From Candidatus Poribacteria bacterium (lineage in GTDB: Bacteria > Poribacteria > WGA-4E > GCA-2687025): 64,000 bases of DNA. The stretch spans positions 992,001-1,056,000 of the forward strand of contig OY762492.1 of NCBI GenBank assembly GCA_963665845.2, in the 5' to 3' direction. The notes under the pieces were generated by a model. That model was not told the DNA's origin. It saw only the letters and a program-made list of their open reading frames with translations, and made no database searches. Shown here piece by piece: positions 20,094-30,372 of this stretch. A program made the position numbers and the translations under genes. Every line of letters starts with the position of its first letter. Position 1 is the first letter of the stretch.

Positions 20094-21146
20094 ATGCCGA
20101 AACTTTTTGGAACCAAATTGACCCGCCAGGAGCTGATGCGCCGCGTTGGACGCGTCAGCCAGACCGCAGGAATACGCCGAACCATGCTCCTAGACGGCAT
20201 CGAAAAAGGGGTGGAAAGCGTTGAGATACGTTCAGGGAGCGGTTTCAACCTCTCCGTTCTGCCGACGCGCGGAATGAAGGTCGCCCAGGCGGAATGGCGC
20301 GGCGCGCCGCTTGCGTGGGTCAGCCCCACCGCCGCGGCGCATCCGTCGCATCTGAACGCGCATGACAGCGGCGGCGGGCTGCTCGCTTCGTTCGGCTTGC
20401 AGGATGTCGGACCCTCAACCGGCGGCAGAGGAGAGCTGCCGCGCATTCCCGCCAAAAATGTGACCGCCGACGCCCGATGGGAAGGTTCGGCGCTGCTGCT
20501 TGCCGCTCAAGGCGTTCTCCGCGAAACGGGAGCCAACGGCGAACAGCTGACGATGACGCGCCGCATCGCCGTCCGCGCGGGAGAACACAAGATGCGCGTC
20601 GTCGACCTGATCGAAAACACGGGTTATGTTGACTCGCCCTTTATGTATATGTATCGGATTCATGTCGGGTATCCAGCGCTGGACGAGGGCGCCGAGCTGA
20701 TCTTGTCCGCGCGCGGCGCCGAGCCTGCCGACGACGCCTCCGAGGCGGGAATGAACGACCGGTTTCGATTCACCGCCCCCGAAGCCGAAGCGGTTCCCCA
20801 GACCTTTTACCATGACGCCATCGCGGATGAAAACAGGCATGTCTGGGCGGCGGTTGTCAATAAGCGGTTCAACGGAGGGCAGGGGATCGGCGTCTATGTG
20901 CGTTACCATCAGACGCAGTTTCCGAATTTCATTCAGATGAAGCGCATGGGAGAAGGTTTTTACTCGGCAGGAATGGCGCCGGCGAATTGCAGGGCGGAAG
21001 GCGTTGAAGCGGAACGGGAGCGCGGAACGCTGGAATACATTGAGGCGGGCGGGCGCCGGCATTTTGAAACGGAGATCGGGATTCTGACCAATCAGCAGCA
21101 GATTGGGGAGTTTGAGGAGCGGGCGGCGCGCATCCGCAATCTCTAA
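20094..21146 (+). CDS. aldose 1-epimerase-like (DUF4432-type) protein
   Basis: SG....VLPTRGM, LAWVSP, D.IENTG....PFMYMY.I.VGYP; usual catalytic His residues not evident. Confidence 0.7.
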   Translation: MPKLFGTKLTRQELMRRVGRVSQTAGIRRTMLLDGIEKGVESVEIRSGSGFNLSVLPTRGMKVAQAEWRGAPLAWVSPTAAAHPSHLNAHDSGGGLLASFGLQDVGPSTGGRGELPRIPAKNVTADARWEGSALLLAAQGVLRETGANGEQLTMTRRIAVRAGEHKMRVVDLIENTGYVDSPFMYMYRIHVGYPALDEGAELILSARGAEPADDASEAGMNDRFRFTAPEAEAVPQTFYHDAIADENRHVWAAVVNKRFNGGQGIGVYVRYHQTQFPNFIQMKRMGEGFYSAGMAPANCRAEGVEAERERGTLEYIEAGGRRHFETEIGILTNQQQIGEFEERAARIRNL

Positions 21147-21149
21147 AAC

Positions 21150-21227
21150 GCGCGGAAATCTTAAGGCATTGCAGCCGCCGCGCGCGTCCTTTAAACCCGC
21201 CTAACCCCTTTCAAGGAGCGAATCGGA
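21150..21227. repeat. degenerate reverse copy of the 18082-18183 composite repeat
   Basis: GGAAATCTTAAGGCATTGCAGCCGCCG..GTCCTTTAAACCC..CCCCTTTCAAGG..GAATCGGA. Confidence 0.7.
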
Positions 21228-21240
21228 ACCGCCGAAGCGC

Positions 21241-21269
21241 TTGATTGATCGGCGTTTCAGACGTAACAT
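21241..21269 (+). promoter_or_regulatory. sigma70-type promoter TTGATT-N17-TAACAT
   Basis: consensus spacing upstream of aquaporin; AGGAGG RBS follows. Confidence 0.5.
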
Positions 21270-21301
21270 AAGCGGGCGACAAACATCAACAGGAGGATAC
21301 A

Positions 21302-21997
21302 ATGAACGGATCCATGAAATGGAAGCCGCTGCTGGCGGAGCTGGTCGGAACCTTCGCGTTCTTCGCCATCGGCGCCGGCGCCATCTGCATCAACGCCGCG
21401 ACGGAGGTCAAACTCGGACTGCTGGGCATCGCCCTGGCGCATGGTCTCATGCTCTCGAACATGATCAACGTCTTCGGTCCGGTCTCCGGCGCCCACTTCA
21501 ACCCGGCGGTCACGCTCGGCGCGCTGGTCGGCAAAAAGATCAAGGCTGGACAGGCGCTGCTCTACGTCATCGCCCAGCTGATTGGGGCGGTTCTCGCCGG
21601 CTATTTTCTGCTGCTCATCTTCAAGGACACGCCCGCAATGGACCCGTCAACATCGTTGGGAACGCCGATGCTCAACGCGGATCTGGTCAATAGCGGGACT
21701 GCCATCCTGATCGAAGCGGCGTTGACCTTCTTCCTCGTCATCTCGGTCTTTGCGACCGGCTTTTCCAACAAGGCGCCGAACGTCCCCGCCATCGGCGGAT
21801 ACGGCATCGGCTTGACGGTGACCGCGGACATACTCATGGGCGGACCCTTGACCGGCGCGGCGATGAACCCGGCGCGCGTCTTCGGTCCAGCGCTCGCTTC
21901 TGGACAATGGGCGTCCCACTGGGTCTACTGGGTCGGTCCGCTTCTGGGCGGCTTGCTGGCGGGGCTGTTCTACAGCCGCATCTTCGGCGACGACTAA
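21302..21997 (+). CDS. aquaporin / MIP family channel
   Basis: AELVGTF, SGAHFNPAVT, MNPARVFGP, WVYWVGP. Confidence 0.97.
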   Translation: MNGSMKWKPLLAELVGTFAFFAIGAGAICINAATEVKLGLLGIALAHGLMLSNMINVFGPVSGAHFNPAVTLGALVGKKIKAGQALLYVIAQLIGAVLAGYFLLLIFKDTPAMDPSTSLGTPMLNADLVNSGTAILIEAALTFFLVISVFATGFSNKAPNVPAIGGYGIGLTVTADILMGGPLTGAAMNPARVFGPALASGQWASHWVYWVGPLLGGLLAGLFYSRIFGDD

Positions 21998-22353
21998 GGC
22001 GAGACCGTATAGATCGACAACATCTCGGAGGAGGCGCGGTACACCAGAACAACCGCCTGCTCGTTCAGGTCGGCGTTGTCCAGCGCTTTTTTGGCGGAGC
22101 GGTAAATCGGAGGCTCCAAACCCAAAGCGTTTTCAACGCCGTCCCAGTCCAGCGGCGCCGGCAGCGTCTCCTCCGTTTCCACATTGCACATGACAACGAC
22201 GCGCGCCTCCGTCCGCTCCGACGCCTCCCGCGCCAGCCGATGAAACTGATCCGCATAAGCGTTCAGCAGCTCCATATCGGCGCGCTGAATCTGCGCAATC
22301 TGCTCCTGCGACAGCCGCATCTGCGGGTCGGTGATGTGCGGGCGGACTTTCAC
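21994..22353 (-). CDS. hypothetical protein
   Basis: fills the gap directly downstream of vWA gene; plausible composition; no family recognised. Confidence 0.6.
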   Translation of the reverse strand: MKVRPHITDPQMRLSQEQIAQIQRADMELLNAYADQFHRLAREASERTEARVVVMCNVETEETLPAPLDWDGVENALGLEPPIYRSAKKALDNADLNEQAVVLVYRASSEMLSIYTVSP

Positions 22354-22356
22354 GCG

Positions 22357-23538
22357 CTAGCGCGAGCTGCTTAGCTGCTCTTGCTTGTAACGAATCAGCT
22401 GGTCGCGGCTGATGAATTTCACCTTGCCGCCCGTTGAAGCCGCCAGCCTGTTCAGCAGAATCGCTCCAGGAGCGCCCTGCCGATCATCGATCTCCATCCC
22501 GTAAATATCGAGCATCGCGTCCGACTTGTTTGCTGTTTTGAACGCTTTCACAATCACATCAGGGTCCGTCATGACAGTGATTCCGTCCGCGCCGGTCGGC
22601 AGCCCGTCCGTGAGAAGCACAATCACATCCGGCTGCATGGCGCATGCCTTTTGAAGCGCCTCCAGCGTGTTGGTGCCGAGGTTGCGGTTGATCGATTCCT
22701 GCGTGAAGCCCGCCAGGTATTTGCGGGCGCGGCTGATGCTCTTTTCGGAGGAATCCAGCGGCGTTTTGCTCATCTGTCCGACATAGCCGGCAAACGTAAC
22801 GATGTTGAACGTCGCTGACTCGCCCAGCCGATAGGTGTGGTCAATGAGCGAATTCTTGGCAAGAGACAGCTTCTGAAGACCCGCCGCCGACATGCTCGCC
22901 GACACATCCAGCACATAAACGATGCGCCCCTCGAAGATTCCGTCGCCTGTCCCTCTGATGAAGTTAAGCGGATCGCCGTTGCCGCCTTCCCCGCCGCCGA
23001 CCAGCCCGTCGGTTCCGAGGTTTTTGAGATAATGCGATCCGTCGCCGTCGCCTTTCACCCGCGCGCGCCCCGTCGGATCTCCGATTCCGTCGGTCGGTCC
23101 AAAGATCGCCTGCGGACGGCTGAGTCCTGTGACATCGGTCGGAAGGTCGGCTTCGGTCATGATGTCGGGAAGCTGCTTTGTTTTTTCAAAATCGATGTTG
23201 AGCGCGTCTCTCATGAGTTTCCGATCGCTCAACTTTTCCACTTCGGTGCGTTTGTTTTTCGCCTGCTCCATGAGCTTGTTCGGATCCTTGAGAGCGATCT
23301 CGCGATCCTTTTTGATCTTGGTCACCTTCGGCGGAAGCCGGCGGCGCACCTGCTCCTTTTTCTGGAGATCCTGAATCCAGAACACATCGCCTCGGTCAAT
23401 CAGGTCGCGGGCGCCTTCGGACAACGCCAGCATGACCCCCGTCACAGCGATGAGCGCCCCGTGCAAGCACAATGAAATCACGAAAGGCGAACGAGTCTTT
23501 TTGCCTTCTTTTTCCGGTCCGCGCACGATCCTTGTCAT
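22357..23538 (-). CDS. membrane-anchored von Willebrand factor A domain protein
   Basis: SLCLHG TM anchor, Gly-rich linker, MIDAS VLDVSASM, GTNT..AL, LLTDG.P. Confidence 0.88.
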   Translation of the reverse strand: MTRIVRGPEKEGKKTRSPFVISLCLHGALIAVTGVMLALSEGARDLIDRGDVFWIQDLQKKEQVRRRLPPKVTKIKKDREIALKDPNKLMEQAKNKRTEVEKLSDRKLMRDALNIDFEKTKQLPDIMTEADLPTDVTGLSRPQAIFGPTDGIGDPTGRARVKGDGDGSHYLKNLGTDGLVGGGEGGNGDPLNFIRGTGDGIFEGRIVYVLDVSASMSAAGLQKLSLAKNSLIDHTYRLGESATFNIVTFAGYVGQMSKTPLDSSEKSISRARKYLAGFTQESINRNLGTNTLEALQKACAMQPDVIVLLTDGLPTGADGITVMTDPDVIVKAFKTANKSDAMLDIYGMEIDDRQGAPGAILLNRLAASTGGKVKFISRDQLIRYKQEQLSSSR

Positions 23539-23573
23539 GATGGTCGCCCCTGTCTGATGTAGCTCCTACCCAT

Positions 23574-23602
23574 ATCATACCCTAAACCGTTGGGCGGCGC
23601 AA
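23574..23602 (-). promoter_or_regulatory. sigma70-type promoter TTGCGC-N17-TATGAT
   Basis: consensus spacing upstream of vWA gene. Confidence 0.55.
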
Positions 23603-23669
23603 ATAAAGAGCGCCGTTTTTCAACCTTAAACGCCGTTTAAGCGTCTAAACGGGCGCTGTATGCCCCAAA

Positions 23670-26600
23670 TTACTCGTATTTTCGATGGAGCGCAACCGTT
23701 TCATAATCGACCGCCGCGTCGAAACGCCGGCGGAACGCCTCCACATACGGACTTTTCGCGGCTTGAACGCCGTTCACCGTCTCCACCACAATGCGCGGCA
23801 GCGGCTGCGCGGAGCGGGTCAACAACCGCTCAATCGGCGCCAGATAACGGTCTAAGCGCGCGTCGTCCGGCGGAACATGGATCTCCAGCGCCTTGCCCTG
23901 ACGCCGCGACTCCAAGACCAAACGCGCGCCGTGGTACGTCAGATGCGCGCTCGGCTCCCGGCGGGGAAGAAGCCCCCGCGCCGCCTCCAGCTGAAGACCG
24001 CACAGCGATGCGGGATCCGTAGCGTTCAGCCAGTACACCGCGTCGTCGTTCAGAGGCGCCTTCAGCCGCTGAAACGCGCGCTTGGAAATGAACTGCAGCC
24101 CCGGTATCCCATGGAAAAACGCGCCCGCATACACCTCCCCCGCCAGCTCCATGATCCGCAGCGCCCTGAAAACGGACCCCCATTGAAAATGCGGCAGCTC
24201 CCGTTTCAGCAGCTCCCGAAACAGGATGCCGTACCGGTCTAAAAGGGCGCGGACCCGCTCCTTGTTCCGCTCCTCCGCTTCGACGATGTCCGCGGGCGGC
24301 GTCGGCGCCGGCAACAGCGACCATGCCCCCGGCAGAACGGCGGCGCGCTTGCGCTGAAGATAACGCCGCCGGCGCCGATGCGACAGCGCCGGACGTACTT
24401 CCTCCACCGCCGGCGCTCTGAATCTGCCCTCAACCCCCTTCCGCAGCGCCGAAAAGGCGTCGTTCCCGATCTTCCCGCTCCAAACGGCGCCCCACAACGC
24501 CTCCGTGAACGGCGACGCGGTCATACCCGAATTGCGCATCAGGGCGGCAAAATCGTACTTGCCGTTCGGGTCGGTGAACCAGCTCTCCGCTTGCTCCGCC
24601 GCGCCGTTCTCCGCGCCGGTCGGTTCGTTGGGCAGGGCGAGGTCAAAATCCTCCTCATGCGCGAACGCCGCCTTCCGCCCCTCAAAACCGATCCATCTTA
24701 ACCGCTCCTCCTGCATGAGAGCGTCCAGATAGGCGGGTCTATAGTCGGAGACGCGAGCGGGAAAGATCTCCGTCTCCCACAGATCCGCCCGCGCCGGAAA
24801 CGCGAACAGCTGCTCAACCGCCTGAAACAACCCATCTTCCCCCTCGGACGGATTCGTCAACCCCTGCATTTCAGCTAAAAACAGCCCCAGCTGTTCAAAC
24901 GGAAGCGGTTCAAAAACAGGCGACGACCCCGCCCGCGCGATGCGCAAGAGCGTTTCAAAATTCTGCCCGTCGCACAGATACTCGTTCGGATCGTCCGCAA
25001 TCAGCTGACCCGCAATGAGCGTTTCATCGTCCAGAAGCGTCTGCAGCCCGAAGTTCAGCCGCCGCCGACTGACGCCCAGCGACCGGCGCGCAAACTCTTC
25101 GGTGAAGGGACCATAAAATTGCGCCCAGTTTCCCAGCGCCGAAACAAAAAACTGGTCGGCGTCTTTCTCTTCCCTCTCGCTGTCATCCCTCGGCAAACGC
25201 GGCGGCGGCGTTCCCTCCACAATCGGCGTCAAGGGCGTTTCTTCTTTAGGGTAAAGGGCGTCCGCCAACGCTTCCGCCTGTTCAAGCGGCGCAATCAGAT
25301 CTCGAATGCGGGTCAGCTTCTCCGCCGCCGACGACGCCGCAGTATGCGCCTCAACCCCCTCCTCGCGCATTTGCGCCAGCAGGCGGTTCCATTCGTCCAG
25401 CGGAATAACGCCGCGCTCCTTCGTCCAGTCGACCAAGCCGCGCGCGTTGTCGGGCGCGTAGCCAGGGGCGATTCGCTGCAGCTTCGCCTCATACGGCTCA
25501 ACGATCTCGCGCGGTATCCCCGGACGCAGCCCTGGCGTGAATACGACCTGCGCTAGAAGATCCCCCCGCAGGTTCGATTTCTCGGAACCGGTCGGTTCGT
25601 CGCCCGCATACATATAATGGTCGCTGATCTGGCGCCATGCGGTTGTCTGGGCGAAGGGGCTGCCATGGGCGGTTTTCGTTTCCGTCCAACGTATCCGCCC
25701 CGTTTCCAGCTCCTTGAGCAGCTTTTTAAGCGTGTCCATGTCGAACTCGTCCTGCAGGCAGGTTCGCCATGTTTCCAATAAGATCGGGAAGTCGTCATAT
25801 TTTTTGACCGATTCCATCAGTTTTTTAGAACGCAGCCGCGTCAACCAGAGCGGCATGCGCTGACCGATGCGCCCCCGCGTCACCAGCAGGGCGCGCCCGG
25901 CGCATTCTCTAAAACGCGCCCCGAAAAAACCGGAACCTTCCAAACGCTTCCGCAACAGCGGCTCCACCGCGTCCGCATTCACCAGACCAATCAGCTCCTC
26001 CGCGTCCATCCTGAACGGCGCCAGCAGGACGACGCAATCGTTTTCGGCGTACGCCTCCAGGCGCTGCCCGACCGCCTCTTCAAACGCGGCGTCCAGCGCC
26101 ATGGCGAGCGGGCGGTTCACCCTTGACCCCCAAAGCGTATGCAGGATCGTCTGCTCAACGGGCGAATCTTTCACGCCGACTTCAACCCGTTCGATGAGCA
26201 GATGCCGGCGGTGCGGCAGCTCTCCCGCCGCCTTTTTTTGTTGGATGAGCAACTCAAGCAGCGCTTCGGCGGCTTCCTCCTCCATGGCGTACTCGTTCTG
26301 GAGCTGGTCGAGAAAATCGTCCTGTTCCAGGCTCTCGTTTGCGCGTTCTAAAAACTCGCCGATTTGTTCAGAAAAATGAAAATCGCGGTTGATTTTTTCA
26401 GAGCGCCAGAACGGCATATCGTCCGCGCGCCCCTGCGCCGGCGAGACGAACACATCGTTGTTCGTGATGCGCTCAATCTTCCAGCTCTGCGCGCCCAAGG
26501 TGAAAACGGCGCCCTCGTCCCGTTCCCACACAAACTCCTCATCCAGCTCCCCAATGCGCGACCCTGTCCCATGATGGCGCAGATGAAAATAGCCGCGGTC

Positions 26601-28181
26601 GGGGATCGTCCCGCCGGACATATATAATGTCTGCGCAGCCCCTGGACGCGCGGACGCCTCATTTTCAATGCGGTCGATAGAGACGCGCGGGTTCAGCTCG
26701 CGCACGCGCGTGTCGGCGTATCGCCCCGCCAGCATGTTCAAAACCGCGTCGAACGGCTCCCGCTCCAGGTTCCAAAACGGATGCGCCGACCGCAAAAAAT
26801 GGTACATCTCGTCGATGTCCCACGTCTCCATCGCCGTCATCGAAACGATCGTCTGCGCGAGAACATCCAGCGGCGACTGTATCGGCTTCGTTTCTTTGAT
26901 GCAGCCTTCCAGCGCCGCCTTTGCCAGAACGGCGGCGTTGATAAAATCGCGCCCATGGGTTGGAAAAACGGCGGCGCGGCTTGTTTCGCCCACCTGATGC
27001 CCCGCCCGTCCGATGCGCTGTATCGCGGAGGAGATCGACTGCGGCGATTGAATCAACCCGACCTCGTCCAAGGCGCCGACGTCGATGCCCATCTCCAGCG
27101 AGCTGGTCGCCACGATCGCTTTCAGCTCGCCCTCTTTCAGTTTGCGCTCCACCGTTTCGCGCATTTCACGGGCGAGCGATCCATGGTGCGAATACGCGAT
27201 CGGCTCCTCCTCAAAGGCGTTCAGCCCCAGTGTGATGCGCTCGCACAGGCGGCGGCTATTTGTGAAAAAGAGCGTTGAATTGTTCTGATGAATCATCCGT
27301 CGGAACTCGTTGATGAACGGGTCCCAAAACTCTTCGTCAGTATGTTCGCCGCCGTATCCATGATCGGGTCGGCGCGGAAAGCGTACCGAGATGTCGTATT
27401 TCTTTTCGGCGGAGGAACGGACAATCTCCACTGGACGCGGCTCGTAGACGGGGTCTTTGAGGCTGCCGACTCCGTCCGACGAATAGAGGCGCCCGCCGAC
27501 AAACTCCGCGACGACGCTCAACGGCTCCGCTGTCGCCGACAGCGCGATGCGTTGAAACTCCCCCGCAAGCCTGGCGAGCCGTTCCACGGCGGCAATGAGG
27601 TGAACGCCGCGCTTCGTCCCCGCCGTCGCATGAATCTCATCCAAGATGACCGTTTCGACGGTTGAAAGGAGACCGCGCCCGCTGTGCGAGCTGAGCAGCA
27701 GGTTCAAGCTTTCAGGCGTTGTGATCAGTATTTCGGGCGGCGTTCGGATCATGCGCCGGCGCTCGGAACTGGTGGTGTCGCCGCTGCGCGTCGCGGCGCG
27801 TATGTTCGGAAATGGAACGGCGGCGGCGGCAAAATAGTCCGCCAGTTCCCGCAGAGGGCGGGTCAAGTTGCGCCGTATGTCGTTGTTGAGCGCTTTGAGC
27901 GGCGAGACGTACAGAACGCGCGTAAGACCCGTTTCAAGCCGCCCTTCGATCAGCTGGTTGATCGCCCATAGAAACGCGGTGAGCGTTTTACCGCTGCCGG
28001 TCGGCGCGGAGACGAGAACATGGCGCCCGTCCGCGATGATCGGCCATGCCTGCCGCTGCGCGTCGGTCGGCGTTCCGATCTGCTCCTGGAACCAGTCTTG
28101 GACGATGGGATGGAACCGATCCAGCGAGTTGTTTGGCATGCCGCGTTCGTCGTCCCGTTCGTTGTCCCGTTCGTTGTCCAC
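23670..28181 (-). CDS. lhr: ATP-dependent helicase Lhr (long form)
   Basis: APTGSGKT, LYVSPLKALNND, ITTPESL, DEIH, LSAT, HHGSL, QRIGRAGH, GGTIPDRG, IGELDEEFV; C-terminal LDRYGI..G.F..G..G.QF..ATDPA. Confidence 0.93.
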   Translation of the reverse strand: MDNERDNERDDERGMPNNSLDRFHPIVQDWFQEQIGTPTDAQRQAWPIIADGRHVLVSAPTGSGKTLTAFLWAINQLIEGRLETGLTRVLYVSPLKALNNDIRRNLTRPLRELADYFAAAAVPFPNIRAATRSGDTTSSERRRMIRTPPEILITTPESLNLLLSSHSGRGLLSTVETVILDEIHATAGTKRGVHLIAAVERLARLAGEFQRIALSATAEPLSVVAEFVGGRLYSSDGVGSLKDPVYEPRPVEIVRSSAEKKYDISVRFPRRPDHGYGGEHTDEEFWDPFINEFRRMIHQNNSTLFFTNSRRLCERITLGLNAFEEEPIAYSHHGSLAREMRETVERKLKEGELKAIVATSSLEMGIDVGALDEVGLIQSPQSISSAIQRIGRAGHQVGETSRAAVFPTHGRDFINAAVLAKAALEGCIKETKPIQSPLDVLAQTIVSMTAMETWDIDEMYHFLRSAHPFWNLEREPFDAVLNMLAGRYADTRVRELNPRVSIDRIENEASARPGAAQTLYMSGGTIPDRGYFHLRHHGTGSRIGELDEEFVWERDEGAVFTLGAQSWKIERITNNDVFVSPAQGRADDMPFWRSEKINRDFHFSEQIGEFLERANESLEQDDFLDQLQNEYAMEEEAAEALLELLIQQKKAAGELPHRRHLLIERVEVGVKDSPVEQTILHTLWGSRVNRPLAMALDAAFEEAVGQRLEAYAENDCVVLLAPFRMDAEELIGLVNADAVEPLLRKRLEGSGFFGARFRECAGRALLVTRGRIGQRMPLWLTRLRSKKLMESVKKYDDFPILLETWRTCLQDEFDMDTLKKLLKELETGRIRWTETKTAHGSPFAQTTAWRQISDHYMYAGDEPTGSEKSNLRGDLLAQVVFTPGLRPGIPREIVEPYEAKLQRIAPGYAPDNARGLVDWTKERGVIPLDEWNRLLAQMREEGVEAHTAASSAAEKLTRIRDLIAPLEQAEALADALYPKEETPLTPIVEGTPPPRLPRDDSEREEKDADQFFVSALGNWAQFYGPFTEEFARRSLGVSRRRLNFGLQTLLDDETLIAGQLIADDPNEYLCDGQNFETLLRIARAGSSPVFEPLPFEQLGLFLAEMQGLTNPSEGEDGLFQAVEQLFAFPARADLWETEIFPARVSDYRPAYLDALMQEERLRWIGFEGRKAAFAHEEDFDLALPNEPTGAENGAAEQAESWFTDPNGKYDFAALMRNSGMTASPFTEALWGAVWSGKIGNDAFSALRKGVEGRFRAPAVEEVRPALSHRRRRRYLQRKRAAVLPGAWSLLPAPTPPADIVEAEERNKERVRALLDRYGILFRELLKRELPHFQWGSVFRALRIMELAGEVYAGAFFHGIPGLQFISKRAFQRLKAPLNDDAVYWLNATDPASLCGLQLEAARGLLPRREPSAHLTYHGARLVLESRRQGKALEIHVPPDDARLDRYLAPIERLLTRSAQPLPRIVVETVNGVQAAKSPYVEAFRRRFDAAVDYETVALHRKYE
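28143..28178. repeat. 12-nt tandem repeat x3 encoding DNER-DNER-DDER
   Basis: GACAACGAACGG x2 + GACGACGAACGC on minus strand at lhr 5' end. Confidence 0.8.
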
Positions 28182-28194
28182 TGTCCGCCGCCCG

Positions 28195-29598
28195 TCATTT
28201 TCCGATGCAGAATTGCGAGAAGATGCGGTCTAAGATGTCGTCCGCCGCCGTTTCGCCGACAATTAGCCCAAGCGAATGCAGCGCGCCGCGCAGATCAACC
28301 GCCGTGAACTCCAGCGACGCTCCGCCGCGCAGGCTTTCCGCCGCCAATTCAACCGAACGGAGCGCCTCCTCAAGCGCATGCATGTGGCGCAAATTTGTCA
28401 CAAGCGGCGGCTGGGCGCTGAAGGCGTTCGTCCCAAACAGAAGCCGCGACGCCGTCTCCGCCAGCTGTTCAACGCCCTCTCCCGTCAACGCGCAGGTTTC
28501 CGCTGTCGGCGCGTCTATCTCCAGATCGTCCGCGTTCCACGCCGCCGGCAAATCCGCCTTGTTGAGCGCCGCCATGCGCGTTCTTCCTTTTGAGAGCCGC
28601 ATCAACCGCCGGTCGTTTTCATCCAGCGGCTGCGACATATCCAGAACAAGAATGACAAGATCGGCTGTTGCAAGCCGCTCCTCGGACCGCTTGACCCCCT
28701 CCCGCTCCACGATGTCGTCGGCGTCGCGGATGCCCGCCGTGTCGACCAGAAGAGTCGGCGCGCCCTGCAGATCGATATACTCTTCGATCAGGTCGCGCGT
28801 TGTGCCGGGCGCGTCCGTAACAATGGACCGGTCGCGCTGCAGCAGCTGATTCATGAGGCTCGATTTGCCGACATTCGGCTTGCCGACAATCGCCGCGGAG
28901 GCTCCGTCGCGCAGTCGGCGTCCGCGGTCGCCGTCGCGTAACAGCGCGCGCAGCCGTTTCGCCGAGGCGCGCAGGTTCGACTCCAGCCGTTCGGTCGGGA
29001 TGAAGTCCAGGTCGTCATCTTCAGGGAAGTCGATGCGCGCCTCCACTTCGGCGAGGACATCGACAATCGTTTCCTTTGCGTCGCGTATTTTGTCCGAAAG
29101 CGCGCCGCGCAGCTGCTGGGCGGCGGCGGCTCCGCTCGCTTCGGTTTTCGCGTGAATCAGGTCGGCGACCGCTTCCGCCTGCGCCAGGTCCATTTTTCCG
29201 TTTAAAAAGGCGCGGCGGGTGAATTCGCCCGGCTCGGCGAGGCGCGCGCCGTTCTCCAAAAGCAGACGCATCGCCCCGTTCAACGGCGCGTAACCGCCAT
29301 GCAGATGCAGCTCCACCATCTCTTCGCCGGTGTAGGTTTTGGGCGGACGAAAATAGGCGGCGAGCGCCTGGTCTATCGGGGCGTCGGCGCCGCGCGCGTT
29401 TTCAAGGCAGCCGAGAGTGAACGCATGGCTCCGCTTCGGCTCATAGACGGGGCGGCGCATCGGGCGAAAAATGCGCTGCACAACCTGGAGGGCGCCGCGC
29501 CCGCTGACTCGAATGACGCCGATAGCCGCCTCGCCGCGCGCCGTGGCGACCGCCGCAATCACATCCTCCATGCGGTTCGCTCCGCCCGCAACGCTCAC
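28195..29598 (-). CDS. mnmE: tRNA modification GTPase MnmE
   Basis: AEPGEFTRRAFLNGKMDL, GKPNVGKSS, PGTTRD, DTAG, NKAD, IFSQFCIGK; start 29598 (GTGA overlap) or 29571. Confidence 0.98.
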   Translation of the reverse strand: MSVAGGANRMEDVIAAVATARGEAAIGVIRVSGRGALQVVQRIFRPMRRPVYEPKRSHAFTLGCLENARGADAPIDQALAAYFRPPKTYTGEEMVELHLHGGYAPLNGAMRLLLENGARLAEPGEFTRRAFLNGKMDLAQAEAVADLIHAKTEASGAAAAQQLRGALSDKIRDAKETIVDVLAEVEARIDFPEDDDLDFIPTERLESNLRASAKRLRALLRDGDRGRRLRDGASAAIVGKPNVGKSSLMNQLLQRDRSIVTDAPGTTRDLIEEYIDLQGAPTLLVDTAGIRDADDIVEREGVKRSEERLATADLVILVLDMSQPLDENDRRLMRLSKGRTRMAALNKADLPAAWNADDLEIDAPTAETCALTGEGVEQLAETASRLLFGTNAFSAQPPLVTNLRHMHALEEALRSVELAAESLRGGASLEFTAVDLRGALHSLGLIVGETAADDILDRIFSQFCIGK

Positions 29599-30344
29599 GA
29601 ATCTGGAACATAGCGGTCTTTCGGCGCGACGACGACAGCCCGCCCCTGCCCAACATTTCGGCTAAACGTCCGCACATCCTCGTCTTCGCTCAACGCGATA
29701 TGCACCGTGCGGCGGTCGCGCGGACTCATCGGCTCCAGCTCCACCTCGCGCCCTGTCGCGCGCGCTCTTCGGGCGAGCTGATGCGCCATCTCAATGAGCA
29801 TATCTTCCCGCTTTTCCCGATACTGCCCCGCGTTGACGACGATCCGCCGCCGCTCCGAATCGCTGGACGCGCGGCGTACCATCCCGTTCACGAGGTATTG
29901 AAGCGCGTCCAGCGTCCGTCCATGCCGTCCTATCAGAATCGCGGCGTCCGGCGTTTCTAAGGTGAGATGCGTTTCATCGTCCCGGTCGTCCACATAGATT
30001 TCCGCGTCGATTCCCATAAGGTACACAATCTGGTCAAGCATCTCTTCGGGGAGTATCTCTTCGCGCCGTTCAATGGAGACGCGGACGCGCGCCGGCCTTG
30101 AGGGCAGGTTTCCGCCGAGGCCGACAAGCCCCTGCGCGCCTTCCGAGAGTATCTGTACCGTTATATCTTCCAGTTCAACTCCCAGCTGCTCGGCGGCTGT
30201 CTCCTGAATGCCCTGAAACGTGTCGTCGGTCAAGGCGTCTGGATCGACGCCGAGCTGTTCAAAGGCGAGCGTCAAAGCCTCTTCTTTGGAGTCCGCCTCC
30301 GCTTCCGCGGAAGCCGCGCCGCCGGGGTTCATGTTTGCGTCCAT
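29595..30344 (-). CDS. jag: RNA-binding protein Jag/KhpB (KH + R3H)
   Basis: LIGRHGRTLDALQYL, LEPMSPRDRRTVH; conserved position after yidC. Confidence 0.93.
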   Translation of the reverse strand: MDANMNPGGAASAEAEADSKEEALTLAFEQLGVDPDALTDDTFQGIQETAAEQLGVELEDITVQILSEGAQGLVGLGGNLPSRPARVRVSIERREEILPEEMLDQIVYLMGIDAEIYVDDRDDETHLTLETPDAAILIGRHGRTLDALQYLVNGMVRRASSDSERRRIVVNAGQYREKREDMLIEMAHQLARRARATGREVELEPMSPRDRRTVHIALSEDEDVRTFSRNVGQGRAVVVAPKDRYVPDS

Positions 30345-30372
30345 TTGGCATCCTTTCATGCATGATCGTAAA

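Noticed and set aside
28143-28178. 12-nt tandem repeat as a phase-variation switch for lhr
   Set aside because: The unit is a multiple of three and may lie upstream of the true start (ATG 28139), so copy change would not shift the frame.
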